Source: a virus (lineage: Duplodnaviria; Heunggongvirae; Uroviricota; Caudoviricetes). Taken from it: 64,000 bases of DNA. Each line of letters begins with the position of its first letter. Positions within the stretch are counted from its first letter, which is position 1. A program made the position numbers and the translations under genes. This document shows positions 1-9,643 of the stretch, piece by piece. The notes under the pieces were generated by a model that saw only the letters and a list, made by a program, of their open reading frames with translations, did no database searches and was not told the origin of the DNA. The stretch lies in IMG/VR virus record IMGVR_UViG_3300022562_000051, positions 108,581 through 172,580 of that record. One strand, written 5' to 3'.

Positions 1-144
1 TGATTCGGGAGTGACCGAATACCATGCTGATCTAAACAAGGTTCACATGAATTTTAGTTTAATTACTAAGAGGAATGAAGAGCCGCGTTGGACGATGACT
101 CTGACGAGCAAGACCCGCCCACCGCAGATTTTGGAGTGTGACTA

Positions 145-363
145 ATGTATATTTACCACAGGAAGTCTTATATGCCTGCTCCGCGTGTAGAGTTTGATCC
201 AAGCAATCGCGAACATTTGCTTGACTATGCAGAGTTTCTCAAGTATAATAATTGGAGAAGCGGATGCAAGTTCTTATTGGAAGAGCCGTATCAGGATATT
301 CCAACTATGGTGCGCCGCAAGGTGATTGAGCATTTCATGAGGTCTTATATTGATCAGGTTTAA
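145..363 (+). CDS. hypothetical small protein
   Basis: Intact ORF co-oriented with neighbours; no recognisable motifs. Confidence 0.35.
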   Translation: MYIYHRKSYMPAPRVEFDPSNREHLLDYAEFLKYNNWRSGCKFLLEEPYQDIPTMVRRKVIEHFMRSYIDQV

Positions 364-544
364 TATGACTGAACAATTCAAAACATATTCGGAAGAGCAG
401 CACCGGCAGGGACAGAGAGCCGATGGATTTCCACCGGACTGTCGCGTAGTGTCAGCCGACCTCTATAACTCTATTGTGGATAAGTACAACGAACTTCTGC
501 AAGAGTATGACGAGGTTGTGTGGATGTATGAGGACTTGTGCTGA
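350..544 (+). CDS. hypothetical small acidic protein
   Basis: ORF with overlapping stop/start junctions typical of phage operon. Confidence 0.35.
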   Translation: MIRFNMTEQFKTYSEEQHRQGQRADGFPPDCRVVSADLYNSIVDKYNELLQEYDEVVWMYEDLC

Positions 545-1032
545 TGCATCGTCCAACCGAAGAAGAATGGGAAATTAACGAGGCTGCTACAACGCAAGCC
601 AATCGAATTACCATTGGAGCTATCAGCAAAGCCGAAGCTGAACAACGGCTAGGAAAGGCTGCGCACAAGATCGCAAATGGTGATATGGATTTGTCTGCCA
701 AGTTGTTCCTGTATGGAATGGGTAGACTTGAATATCATCTGAATAGTTTCAATGATAGTCCATATCTGCGCCGTCCGCATGGCGACTGGATGGGAACCGA
801 ATTAGAAGACGCACTTGGGCGCGAAATCAAGGTAGGGGATACTGTGGTTCGCGCTTGCACTAGCGGCAGGGCTGTTAACCTTGAATTTGGTAAGGTAAGA
901 CAGATTAAGAACAATAAGGTATATCTGGACACCAGCAAGGTGCCGATTGCCTATCCCGGTAGATTACTTGTCATAAATAAACTACTGGAAAGGGGCGAAG
1001 GGAAATGCGAGGCTCAGTCACAGCAGGCATAA
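538..1032 (+). CDS. hypothetical protein
   Basis: 164-aa ORF, ATGA-type junction with upstream ORF. Confidence 0.4.
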   Translation: MLMHRPTEEEWEINEAATTQANRITIGAISKAEAEQRLGKAAHKIANGDMDLSAKLFLYGMGRLEYHLNSFNDSPYLRRPHGDWMGTELEDALGREIKVGDTVVRACTSGRAVNLEFGKVRQIKNNKVYLDTSKVPIAYPGRLLVINKLLERGEGKCEAQSQQA

Positions 1033-1313
1033 TTCTCATAATTCTGAATCTTCTGGACGCATTCTTTACGTCTGAGGGGATTGCAAAATACGGCATTGAG
1101 TTGGAAATGAATCCACTCATGCGATATTTGATTGCTAATTATGGAACGTGGTGTATGTTTGCATTCAAGGGATTCTTCGTAACCGCTTTGCTCTATCTGA
1201 TTTGGAAGACGCCAGAAGCGCCATTGCGAAGAATGATTACTCCTTCTTTATGGGTGCTGGTTGGTGCATATGGTGTGGTGGTACTTTACGGTGCGATGAT
1301 CTATATGGCTTAA
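1005..1313 (+). CDS. small integral membrane protein (3-4 TM)
   Basis: Hydrophobic segments IILIILNLL, FFVTALLYLIW, LWVLVGAYGVVVLYGAMIY. Confidence 0.4.
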   Translation: MRGSVTAGIILIILNLLDAFFTSEGIAKYGIELEMNPLMRYLIANYGTWCMFAFKGFFVTALLYLIWKTPEAPLRRMITPSLWVLVGAYGVVVLYGAMIYMA

Positions 1314-1321
1314 GGGACAAG

Positions 1322-1519
1322 ATGCGTCAGTATGGTAGTTTAGGAACAGGCACTCCCTGCATTAGAGTTTGCAAGTTGGACAGCCAAAGCGGTTTATGCT
1401 CTGGCTGTTTTCGCACACCTGATGAAATCGAAATGTGGATCAAGTACACCGATGAACAGAAAGCCTACATAACTAAAATGCTGGAAATCAGGAAGGAACT
1501 CCTATGTTCAAACGTATAG
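1322..1519 (+). CDS. DUF1289-like Cys-rich protein (predicted Fe-S/zinc binding)
   Basis: Motif C-x3-C-x-LD-x5-C-x-GC-x-RT-x2-EI-x-W. Start moved to internal ATG with AAGGGA RBS to avoid an out-of-frame overlap. Confidence 0.45.
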   Translation: MRQYGSLGTGTPCIRVCKLDSQSGLCSGCFRTPDEIEMWIKYTDEQKAYITKMLEIRKELLCSNV

Positions 1520-2064
1520 CAGCATTCGTAATTCTAAGTCTATTGTCTTTTACAGCTTTTGCTGGCGAGGCAACTCTTACGTGGGTGCCACCAACTAAGA
1601 ACACGGACGGCACCGATTACACCAACTATGGTGGATTCAAAATCTACTATCAACTACGGGACGCCACAACTGGCTTTGAGGTAGTTGATCTTCCCGACAC
1701 CACTAACTCCATGACCACTTACATCGTCACTGGACTGATTGTAGGCACATGGGATTTCCAGATGACCGCATACAACAATGCTGGCATGGAATCGGCTAAG
1801 ACCAATACAGTCTCCAAGGTAATCCTAGCTGACACCGATCCGTTGCCACCGGGAATGTCGTTCGTTTCCATTGAGACTTACGTATACAATCTGGTCAAGA
1901 AAGATAATGGGTTTGTTTTGGTTCCAGTGGGTACGATCCCGCTAAATACTCCATGTGACATAAGCCAGTCGGTCAATAACAAGTTTGTTGTTCCGGTTTC
2001 GGCAGTCACATGGCTTGGAACTGTCAAACCTATCGTGGTAGTAACCTCATGCTCCGTAAAGTAA
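1504..2064 (+). CDS. secreted protein with fibronectin type III-like domain
   Basis: N-terminal signal peptide (ILSLLSFTAFAG). TLTWVPPTKNTDGT...GFKIYY Fn3-like pattern. Confidence 0.45.
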   Translation: MFKRIAAFVILSLLSFTAFAGEATLTWVPPTKNTDGTDYTNYGGFKIYYQLRDATTGFEVVDLPDTTNSMTTYIVTGLIVGTWDFQMTAYNNAGMESAKTNTVSKVILADTDPLPPGMSFVSIETYVYNLVKKDNGFVLVPVGTIPLNTPCDISQSVNNKFVVPVSAVTWLGTVKPIVVVTSCSVK

Positions 2065-2146
2065 TAGACTGGTTTTTGAACCTCTTTAGGAAAAAGCCTA
2101 AGCCGCCTAAGAATGATCCACCATCACCGTTAAAGGAATTAAACAC

Positions 2147-2458
2147 ATGGCTAGAAACGTAGACGTTAATTGGGTATATCCCACCACCCGCGAAAGCACC
2201 AAGCCGCTTGATCCAGCGGATATCGCTGCTGTTGAACTGGAACTGTCGGTAGACGGAACCCTTTGGACTCCGTACAACAGTTTTCCAAATCCTGTTCTAA
2301 GCACTACGATTCCTGAGTTGGATATTGGTAAGTGGTATTTCCGTGGCTTTGTTGTGGACACGGCTGGCAGGAAGTCTAAGCCTCTTACCGCTACCGTCAC
2401 CGTTCCAGATGAAACCGCACCGGGACCACTGGCTAACCTGACTGTAACACTCGTATAA
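2147..2458 (+). CDS. Fn3-like domain protein
   Basis: Pattern VNWVYPTT...DGTLWTP...GKWYFRGFVVD resembles the upstream Fn3-like protein. Confidence 0.4.
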   Translation: MARNVDVNWVYPTTRESTKPLDPADIAAVELELSVDGTLWTPYNSFPNPVLSTTIPELDIGKWYFRGFVVDTAGRKSKPLTATVTVPDETAPGPLANLTVTLV

Positions 2459-2481
2459 TATCGGGGGAGCTTGTCTCCCCT

Positions 2482-3255
2482 TTGGAGTTCGCTATGAAAG
2501 TGACTGTAATTACCGCAACGACGGGCAATCCCATCCTGCGGCGTAATATCGAATCCGTTGCCAATCAAGACTATCCTGACGTTCAGCATCTTATCTTCGT
2601 AGATGGGCAGCGTCCCGAGGCGAGTGCTATCATTGCTGATATGTGGGACTATGACTGGATTGCAGACGAGCGCCAGCCCAACGTTATTCAGCTTCCCTAT
2701 TCCGTAGGCAAGGATCGCTGGAACGGACACCGCATGTACGCGGCTGGTCCGTTTCTTGCCGAAGGGCAGTACGTCATGTGGCTGGACGATGATAACACCA
2801 TCGAAAAGGATCATATCTCTTCCCTGATGAAAACCATTCAGGATGAAAAGGTGGATTGGGCGTACTCATTCCGCAACATTGTGGACAAGGATGGAAAATT
2901 TCTATGCAAGGATGACTGTGAATCGCTCGGTAAGTGGGCGTCGGTCATGCACGAAAAGGACTTTTTCGTTGACGTAAACTGCTATCTGGTTCCTACCAAG
3001 CTGGCTGTATTCCTTGGACCGGCGTGGTATCGCAAGTTCCGCGAACCGGGACAGCCGGAAGTGGATCGCGTCCTGTCAGCCACCCTCATGTCAAACGGGC
3101 TAAAGTTCGCGACTACATATAAGTATACCGTGAACTATACGGTGGGTAATACATCGAATTCCGTGCAGAAGGAATTCTTTGATCGCGGCAACGCAGAAAT
3201 GCGCCGCAGATACCCCGATGGTTTGCCTTGGAAAGTGCAGGAGTTGCCTCTGTGA
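2482..3255 (+). CDS. family 2 glycosyltransferase (GT-A fold)
   Basis: VTVITATTGNP...NQDYPDVQHLIFVDGQ and DxD (WLDDDN) motifs. Confidence 0.6.
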   Translation: MEFAMKVTVITATTGNPILRRNIESVANQDYPDVQHLIFVDGQRPEASAIIADMWDYDWIADERQPNVIQLPYSVGKDRWNGHRMYAAGPFLAEGQYVMWLDDDNTIEKDHISSLMKTIQDEKVDWAYSFRNIVDKDGKFLCKDDCESLGKWASVMHEKDFFVDVNCYLVPTKLAVFLGPAWYRKFREPGQPEVDRVLSATLMSNGLKFATTYKYTVNYTVGNTSNSVQKEFFDRGNAEMRRRYPDGLPWKVQELPL

Positions 3256-3261
3256 ACATTA

Positions 3262-3962
3262 TCATGCCGTTAGCTGGACGCGGATCGCGTTTTGCTTCCT
3301 CGTCCTTAGTACCAAAGCCGATGATCCCGATTAATGGAAAACCCATGATCTATTGGGCGATTACTTCTTTGGGACTGAACGGCAATTGGTTTTTCCTGCT
3401 GCGCAAGGATGGCTTTGAGGAATTCATCAAGGCTGAAATCAAGAAGGTCGTTCCGCAAGCCAAGTTCCGAGTAATTGATTACGTAACCGAGGGACCAGCC
3501 TGTTCCGCGCTGCTCTTTGAGGAAGATATCACTTCCGATGAACTGGTGATTGCTAACTGTGATCAGATCATGGAATGGAATGCTGAATTGTTCCTCTACA
3601 ATGCTCGCTATCCCACGCTGGACGGCATGATAGTCACGTATCATTCGGACACAGAAAAGAACAGCTATGCAGCTATGGACAGGAACGGCTACGTGACAAA
3701 GCTAAGAGAAAAGGAAGTCATTAGTAACATTTCTTTGAACGGCATTCATTACTGGCGCAACGGCGAGGATTTCGTCACCAGTGCCAAGGAAATGATTGAA
3801 GCTGACGATAGAGCCTACAACGGCGAGTTTTATATTAGCCAGTCTTATAACTACCTTATTGACAAGGGTAAGAAGATTGGCATCTATCACATTCCGAACC
3901 AGATGCACCACCCCGTAGGTGTTCCGGCTGATTTGGAGAGGTATCTACATGATCATAGATAA
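3262..3962 (+). CDS. sugar/alcohol-phosphate nucleotidyltransferase (LicC/IspD-like)
   Basis: N-terminal IMPLAGRGSRF...PKPMIPINGKPMI NTP-transferase motif. C-terminal GEFYISQSY resembles LicC. Start uncertain (possible GTG at 3252). Confidence 0.5.
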
Positions 3963-4275
3963 AATGGATCGAATGATTCGTGGGTGGTTTGTTGGTGATT
4001 TCGAACCCTCTGTATTCAGGACAAAAGATTTTGAAGTGGGCTACCTGAGATTCCAGAAAGGAAGATTGGACACACCACACTATCATGCAGAAGTGACCGA
4101 ATACAACTACGTGATTCGTGGAGCCATGATCATTCAGGGAAAGACTCTCACACAAGGTGATATCTTTGTACTGGAAAAGGGAGATATTTCTGATGCGGTT
4201 TTTCTTGATGATACTGAGTTGATCGTTGTTAAGGTGCCGTCAGTACCGAATGATAAACATTTCGTGGAGTTGTAA
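3949..4275 (+). CDS. cupin-fold protein (sugar isomerase/epimerase-like)
   Basis: HYH...E metal-binding beta-barrel pattern; GAGG RBS before internal ATG. Confidence 0.4.
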   Translation: MIIDKMDRMIRGWFVGDFEPSVFRTKDFEVGYLRFQKGRLDTPHYHAEVTEYNYVIRGAMIIQGKTLTQGDIFVLEKGDISDAVFLDDTELIVVKVPSVPNDKHFVEL

Positions 4276-4276
4276 A

Positions 4277-5467
4277 ATGAATTTGTTTAAGAATGAAGAA
4301 GAACTAAGACCAGAAGACTACGTGATCGCTACTTACTGGATGCAGAGTAGCACAACCCTACGCGATGCAGCATGGGCGCTAGCCATTGGTCAGAGCGTCG
4401 GCAATCCCAATGTGCGCAATCAGTGGGAAACAGAAGAGTTGTTTGCGAATCATTCCTGCATGATCATTGGAAATGAAATCCAATTAAAGGCAAATCATTC
4501 GGGAGTGGTTCGAATTGCGTTTCCTGTAGTCAACACCGATTGGAAGGGCGACGGCATCAATCACCTGATGTGCCAGCTAATGGGTGGGCAGATGGACATT
4601 GACATTGTTCGCGTCTGCCGACTGATAGACGTTCAAATTCCAGACTCCGTGCGCCAGTATTTCCCAAAGCCAACTTACGGCATTAGCGGATTCCGCAAGT
4701 TCACTGGCAATTACAACAAGCCATTCTTGGGTGGCATCGTCAAGCCGAAGACCGGTATCTCGCCAGCCGTCCTGTTGGAAATGACCAAGCAGCTAGTGGA
4801 CGGTGGCGTGGACTTCATCAAGGAAGACGAGATTCTCTCTAATCCTGCATTCTGCTCTCTGGAAGAGCGGGTGCCAATTATCACAAACTACCTTGCAAAT
4901 CAGAGTCGAAAGGTGATATACTGTTTCTGTATCAATGGCGAACCGCATGTCATTCGTGACCGTGCGCAGTTTCTCATTGACAACGGAGCCAACGGAGTAC
5001 ACATTAACTTCTGGTCGAGCTTCGGGGTTTATCGCACACTGGCTGAAATGGGCAAGTTGTTCATTCACTACCAGAAGAGCGGAGACAAGGTAATCACGGA
5101 TGGTCGCAATCCGTATGGCATCGAATGGAACGTCCTGTGCAAGCTGGCTGGTCTAGCAGGCGTGGACAGCATTCACTCCGGTATGTGGGGTGGATACATG
5201 AGTGATGACGAAAAGGAATTGAGGAAAACTTTAAGCATTCTACGAAAAGATAACGTGGTGCCAGCCCTGAGTTGCGGTATGCATCCCGGTCTGGTACAGG
5301 TTATCAACAAGAAATTTGGCTTCGATTACATGGCAAACGTCGGCGGCGCGATTCATGGGCATCCCGGTGGAACCGTCGCAGGCGCAAGAGCCATGCGACA
5401 AGCCATCGAAGGTAGCCACGGCACGGAATATAACGAAGCAATCGAAAAGTGGGGATTAGTACAATGA
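4277..5467 (+). CDS. RuBisCO large-subunit-like protein (RLP, form IV-like)
   Basis: IVKPKTGISP (K175-like), GGVDFIKEDE (KDDE carbamyl-Lys/metal motif), VGGAIHGHPGGTVAGARAMR (GGGxxGHPxG C-terminal motif). Length ~400 aa, GGAG RBS. Confidence 0.7.
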   Translation: MNLFKNEEELRPEDYVIATYWMQSSTTLRDAAWALAIGQSVGNPNVRNQWETEELFANHSCMIIGNEIQLKANHSGVVRIAFPVVNTDWKGDGINHLMCQLMGGQMDIDIVRVCRLIDVQIPDSVRQYFPKPTYGISGFRKFTGNYNKPFLGGIVKPKTGISPAVLLEMTKQLVDGGVDFIKEDEILSNPAFCSLEERVPIITNYLANQSRKVIYCFCINGEPHVIRDRAQFLIDNGANGVHINFWSSFGVYRTLAEMGKLFIHYQKSGDKVITDGRNPYGIEWNVLCKLAGLAGVDSIHSGMWGGYMSDDEKELRKTLSILRKDNVVPALSCGMHPGLVQVINKKFGFDYMANVGGAIHGHPGGTVAGARAMRQAIEGSHGTEYNEAIEKWGLVQ

Positions 5468-6066
5468 AATGGACAGAAGACTTAAGATACGATATTAGAC
5501 ATGATAACAAAATGATCGAACAAGATTCTGTTCCTCATGAGTGTATGCCGTTTGCGTGGAACACCAAGGAAACGTCGGCTGAAAATCTAGCCGCGCTTAG
5601 AACCAAGTTTCTATCAAAGACGGGCAGTTGCAATGCCATTCTTGAGATTGGAGTAAACCGCAACGCCGAGGAATCATTCACTCAGGTCTTTATCAAGAAT
5701 AAGAGAGAGGATGCTGTCTACGTTGGTATTGACATTGATGACAAGTCCTATCTGGATGACAAGTCTAAGAACATCTACACCATCAAGAATAGTTCGTCAG
5801 ATGTTGATAACAACATGGAATTGATTCGCAAGATGGGTGTCGAGCAATTTGATTTCATTTTCATTGACGGCTGGCACAGTGTCGGTCAGGTTCTACGTGA
5901 TTGGGAATACACTCGCTGGCTCTCGCCGCAGGGTGTGGTTGGTTTCCATGACGTAACAGCCCATCCCGGTCCATTCAACTTTGTACGAGCATTGAATCGT
6001 GATAAGTGGAATGTAGAGATTCTCTGTCCATTCGACTTCGGTATTGGATTCGCTTGGAGAAAATAA
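5464..6066 (+). CDS. class I SAM-dependent methyltransferase (CmcI/TylF-like)
   Basis: ILEIGVNRNAEES...FIFIDGWHS...VVGFHDV. ATGA overlap with the RLP stop. Confidence 0.5.
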   Translation: MKWTEDLRYDIRHDNKMIEQDSVPHECMPFAWNTKETSAENLAALRTKFLSKTGSCNAILEIGVNRNAEESFTQVFIKNKREDAVYVGIDIDDKSYLDDKSKNIYTIKNSSSDVDNNMELIRKMGVEQFDFIFIDGWHSVGQVLRDWEYTRWLSPQGVVGFHDVTAHPGPFNFVRALNRDKWNVEILCPFDFGIGFAWRK

Positions 6067-6692
6067 TGTCTGCGCATAATGGAGTACACTATCCACCATG
6101 GAGAGTCACCAGACTCAAGAAGTTAGAGTCTCTTTTCGGTGCTGAGTTTTTCGCTGGCAAGAAAATTCTTGAGATAGGAGCAGGCTTGGGCATAATCGGC
6201 GCACACATCAGAGACAATTGGGGTGGTGACGTTTACTTTACGGAAGGTCGAAGTGAATTGGTCGAGAAGATCAATAGCTCCAAAGCCTTTCTGGTTGATC
6301 ACGATGATTTCTGGTCACTGCCGTATAAGTTCGATTTCATTATTCATTGGGGTACTCTGTATCATCTGGATGAATGGAAAGCCGATCTGGAAATAACAGT
6401 AAGTCATTTGACACCGGATGGAATTCTTGCCTATGAGGGAGAGATTCTGGACAGTGCCGAAGACGAGGAAGTGAAGGTGAATGAGCCTAATGGGGACGAT
6501 CAGGCTTTGTGGGGTATTGGCACTCGTCCGTCTGCACTGGCAGTGGAAAATGAATTGAAGAGGTTGGGTCTTTCGTTTGAAAGGTACGATGATGAAGACC
6601 TGAACACAGAACATCAAAATTATACTTGGAAACTAACAGACTCCAAGGTGTGGAAGAATGGTCAAAGGCGATTTTGGATAGCAAGAAAATGA
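6066..6692 (+). CDS. class I SAM-dependent methyltransferase
   Basis: Motif I ILEIGAGLGIIG; start set at MSAHNG. Confidence 0.5.
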   Translation: MSAHNGVHYPPWRVTRLKKLESLFGAEFFAGKKILEIGAGLGIIGAHIRDNWGGDVYFTEGRSELVEKINSSKAFLVDHDDFWSLPYKFDFIIHWGTLYHLDEWKADLEITVSHLTPDGILAYEGEILDSAEDEEVKVNEPNGDDQALWGIGTRPSALAVENELKRLGLSFERYDDEDLNTEHQNYTWKLTDSKVWKNGQRRFWIARK

Positions 6693-7135
6693 TTTACATA
6701 GCACATCGTGGATTATTGAACGGACCTTCCGAATGGGAGAATGCGCCGTGGGTACTTGAGGAAGCCATTCATGAGTGTGGCAACGCTGAGTGTGACCTGT
6801 GGCTGACCGAGGATTTCAAGTTTGCCTTGGGACATGACGCGCCCAAGCACATCGTTAATGAGAATTGGTTGTGGGATAATCAGACCGGTCTATGGATTCA
6901 CTGCAAGAACATTGCGGTGTTAGAATATTTCAACCGCGAGGGAATTTTCTACCATTACTTCTGGCATGAGAATGACACGGTTACTCTCACCAGCAAGAAT
7001 TACATTTGGGCATATCCCGGCAAGCAGCCGATTGCAGGCAGCATTGCGGTGATGCCTGAGTGGAACAACGATGACATTTCGGTGTGCGATGGCGTCTGTA
7101 CAGACTACGTTCTGAGATACAGAGGCGACCTATGA
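6689..7135 (+). CDS. glycerophosphodiester phosphodiesterase (GDPD)-family protein
   Basis: IAHRG...E...ECDLWLTEDFKFALGHD matches the GDPD catalytic HR(G)/E/D/HD pattern. Confidence 0.55.
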   Translation: MIYIAHRGLLNGPSEWENAPWVLEEAIHECGNAECDLWLTEDFKFALGHDAPKHIVNENWLWDNQTGLWIHCKNIAVLEYFNREGIFYHYFWHENDTVTLTSKNYIWAYPGKQPIAGSIAVMPEWNNDDISVCDGVCTDYVLRYRGDL

Positions 7136-7986
7136 AGACTGCCGTTCTAATATCTGGTAGAATAGAACCAGAAGACATTCAACGTATTCCTAATTTGATG
7201 GAACAGATCATTGAGCCGTATAAGGCTGATGTATTCATTGATACTTGGATTCCATATAAGGGTACGTCACACAAGCTAGGACTTCATAGAGTCTACGAGG
7301 AATTTGAAGGGAACCATTCGCCTGAGTTTCCGGCAGTAGATATCAATGCCTTTGCCGAAGCATATAAACCAAAGATGATGACGCTTGACAGCTTCGATGA
7401 TATTCCTCTGACGTACCAAATTCGATCCATAGCCAATACCTTTCCACTTCATTCCGATACTCTTACGGGGGCGCGAGTAGCCAACAGGAAGGAAAACATA
7501 TTCTTCATGTGGTATAAGCTATACAAGGCTAACAGGCTAAGAAAGCTATACGAGGAAGTCAATCGAATCCGATATGATAGAATTATCAGGACACGATTTG
7601 ACTCTTCATTCAGCTATTTCCCTGCGGACATAATTCCCGCGCCGAAGACTCTGTATATTCCAGTTGTCGGTGACTATGATGGTGGTATAAACGATCAGTT
7701 TGCACTAGGCGATTCGCAGGCAATGGACTTGTATTGTGATTTGTATCTTGAGATATTCAGGTATTGGATAGCTGGTGTCTCACAGCATCCAGAATCACTA
7801 TTGAAGGTTCACCTTGAAGTCAACAGACTGAACGTGAAGAGATTTCACTGTAAGCAGTTTCTAAGGGGAATAGAAATCCCATCCGATCCACTTCTTCTGA
7901 ATCAAGCTTCCATAGAATTCAATCAGGAATTGAAGAGAATGAAGAAGATACGGGACGTTGAGAACGACGTAATTTACAAAGGGTAA
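7132..7986 (+). CDS. hypothetical protein (glycan-locus member)
   Basis: ORF in operon with sugar genes. Confidence 0.35.
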   Translation: MKTAVLISGRIEPEDIQRIPNLMEQIIEPYKADVFIDTWIPYKGTSHKLGLHRVYEEFEGNHSPEFPAVDINAFAEAYKPKMMTLDSFDDIPLTYQIRSIANTFPLHSDTLTGARVANRKENIFFMWYKLYKANRLRKLYEEVNRIRYDRIIRTRFDSSFSYFPADIIPAPKTLYIPVVGDYDGGINDQFALGDSQAMDLYCDLYLEIFRYWIAGVSQHPESLLKVHLEVNRLNVKRFHCKQFLRGIEIPSDPLLLNQASIEFNQELKRMKKIRDVENDVIYKG

Positions 7987-7990
7987 TAAA

Positions 7991-8719
7991 ATGAATCCAT
8001 GTATTGTTTCAATTTTTCAGGACAACGTTGACATGAAGACTGTCGGGCTGCAAAAGTCCGTGGTCGAGAAGTACAACCCCAAGAAGTATCGCCATTATCA
8101 GTTCAAGTTGAACATGCCACATGGTGTAGCCATTGATTACTTTTGGGCAACCAATGGATGTGTCAACGCCGCATTCAAAGCTGCGATTGGTGAGAATGAA
8201 GTACCCCATTCGTTTGACCATGATGTAGTCCTGATTCTGGACATTGACTGTATTCCAGTTAGCGAGCGAGCCATTGAAAAGTATATCAGTGCAGCCGCAG
8301 CGGGAAGACTAATCGGCAATGCCCAACGCTCAAATCACTTAGATAATGGGCAGCATCTTTTCGCAGCCTCGTCCTGCGCTGCTATTTCTAAGGAGACTTA
8401 TATCAAGATTGGAATGCCTAGTGCATTCGAAAATCGTCCTCGCTCGGATGTATTAGAGGAATACACTTGGGCAGCAGAAGAAAATGGAGTTCCGGTTGAC
8501 TTAGTGATGCCTTTGCGGTATAATGAACCACCAGTGAGATTTGCATGGGAAGTTAATCAGCCGCCATATTGGGCATTAAAAGATGGTATGCCAGTGTATG
8601 GAGTCGGAACAACGTTTGGTGATGATGAAGGTGATCTTTTCTACCATCAATTTCAGATATTTCACTCGGATCACCAGCAGAAGTTCTGGCAGAAGTGTGA
8701 GTCTATTCTAACGGAGTAA
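7991..8719 (+). CDS. hypothetical protein (possible GT-A-like, DID motif)
   Basis: VLILDIDCIP; weak. Confidence 0.3.
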   Translation: MNPCIVSIFQDNVDMKTVGLQKSVVEKYNPKKYRHYQFKLNMPHGVAIDYFWATNGCVNAAFKAAIGENEVPHSFDHDVVLILDIDCIPVSERAIEKYISAAAAGRLIGNAQRSNHLDNGQHLFAASSCAAISKETYIKIGMPSAFENRPRSDVLEEYTWAAEENGVPVDLVMPLRYNEPPVRFAWEVNQPPYWALKDGMPVYGVGTTFGDDEGDLFYHQFQIFHSDHQQKFWQKCESILTE

Positions 8720-8721
8720 CA

Positions 8722-9453
8722 ATGAAAGAAGGTTATACGCACATTGCAGTTGTTTTGGATAGTTCCGGTTCGATGGGTACGATCATTGATGATACCATCG
8801 GCGGGTTCAATACTTTTCTAAAGGCACAGAAGGAAGCAGAAGGCGAAGCGACGATGACGTTGGTCGAATTCGCATATCCAAGTTTCCTCAAGAGACAGGA
8901 AATTCATCATGGTTGGGATTACAGTGGTCCCAAGGAAGCGTCAATCAACGTCAACGTGAAGTTCGATTTCCAGCCGATCAAGGCGGTCCCTGAACTTAGC
9001 TATGAAAACTATCGTCCGAATGGCGGCACTCCGCTGCTCGACACCATTGGTGAAGTCATGTCGCAGACTGGCAAGCGTCTGGCTGGTATGCCAGAATCGC
9101 TGCGTCCGTCGAAGGTTCTGTTCGTGATTATCACGGACGGCGAAGAGAACGCATCCCACGTTTACAACTTCCAGAAGATCAACGAAATGATTTCGCATCA
9201 GAAGATGATCTACAAGTGGGAGTTCGTATTCCTTGGTGCAAATCAGGACGCTATCAGGGAAGCTTCGAAGATGGGAATCTCCATGCATACTTCCATGTCT
9301 TATGGAACGAGCAAGGGAGAAATGACTGCCACATATGGTGTGTTGGCATCCAAGACGCAGGCATTCCGCGCAGTGAATGCGACGGCTGACGCACTAGCCT
9401 TTACAGACGAAGAACGTGCAGCAGCCAAGCAAAGTGGAGATATCAGTGGCTAA
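8722..9453 (+). CDS. von Willebrand factor A domain protein
   Basis: MIDAS DxSxS (VLDSSGSMGT) and downstream GGTPL/ITDGEE motifs. Confidence 0.6.
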   Translation: MKEGYTHIAVVLDSSGSMGTIIDDTIGGFNTFLKAQKEAEGEATMTLVEFAYPSFLKRQEIHHGWDYSGPKEASINVNVKFDFQPIKAVPELSYENYRPNGGTPLLDTIGEVMSQTGKRLAGMPESLRPSKVLFVIITDGEENASHVYNFQKINEMISHQKMIYKWEFVFLGANQDAIREASKMGISMHTSMSYGTSKGEMTATYGVLASKTQAFRAVNATADALAFTDEERAAAKQSGDISG

Positions 9454-9643
9454 TAGAAGTGACTTTTTCAAGGCGAAGATTCCGCGTCACATCAAGAAGA
9501 TGTTGTCGTTGAATTACACAGATGATCATGAACGGGCTGTGATGCGCAAGCTTTTTCAGTCCGCACACGCCAGCCATGTTGCGTACCGATTGAAGGTCCG
9601 TAGCGGCAAGGTCGGCGCGAATGATGATGGTGGAGAAGAGTAA
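9416..9643 (+). CDS. hypothetical small basic protein
   Basis: ORF only; overlaps vWA gene end. Confidence 0.25.
   Translation: MQQPSKVEISVANRSDFFKAKIPRHIKKMLSLNYTDDHERAVMRKLFQSAHASHVAYRLKVRSGKVGANDDGGEE

Noticed and set aside
2107-2814. 235-aa minus-strand ORF overlapping the Fn3-like protein and GT2 genes
   Set aside because: Antisense shadow ORF of well-supported + strand genes; the whole window is transcribed rightward.
5449-5463. Earlier ATG (5449) for the methyltransferase gene
   Set aside because: It would overlap the RLP 3' end by 19 nt in another frame; the ATGA stop-start overlap at 5464 is the more typical phage junction.
2482-8719. Whether the sugar enzymes represent a DNA hypermodification pathway (glucosyl-hmC-like)
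   Set aside because: No dCMP/dUMP hydroxymethylase or DNA glycosyltransferase signatures were seen. The enzymes are typical of nucleotide-sugar/polysaccharide biosynthesis, so a glycan pathway is the simpler reading.
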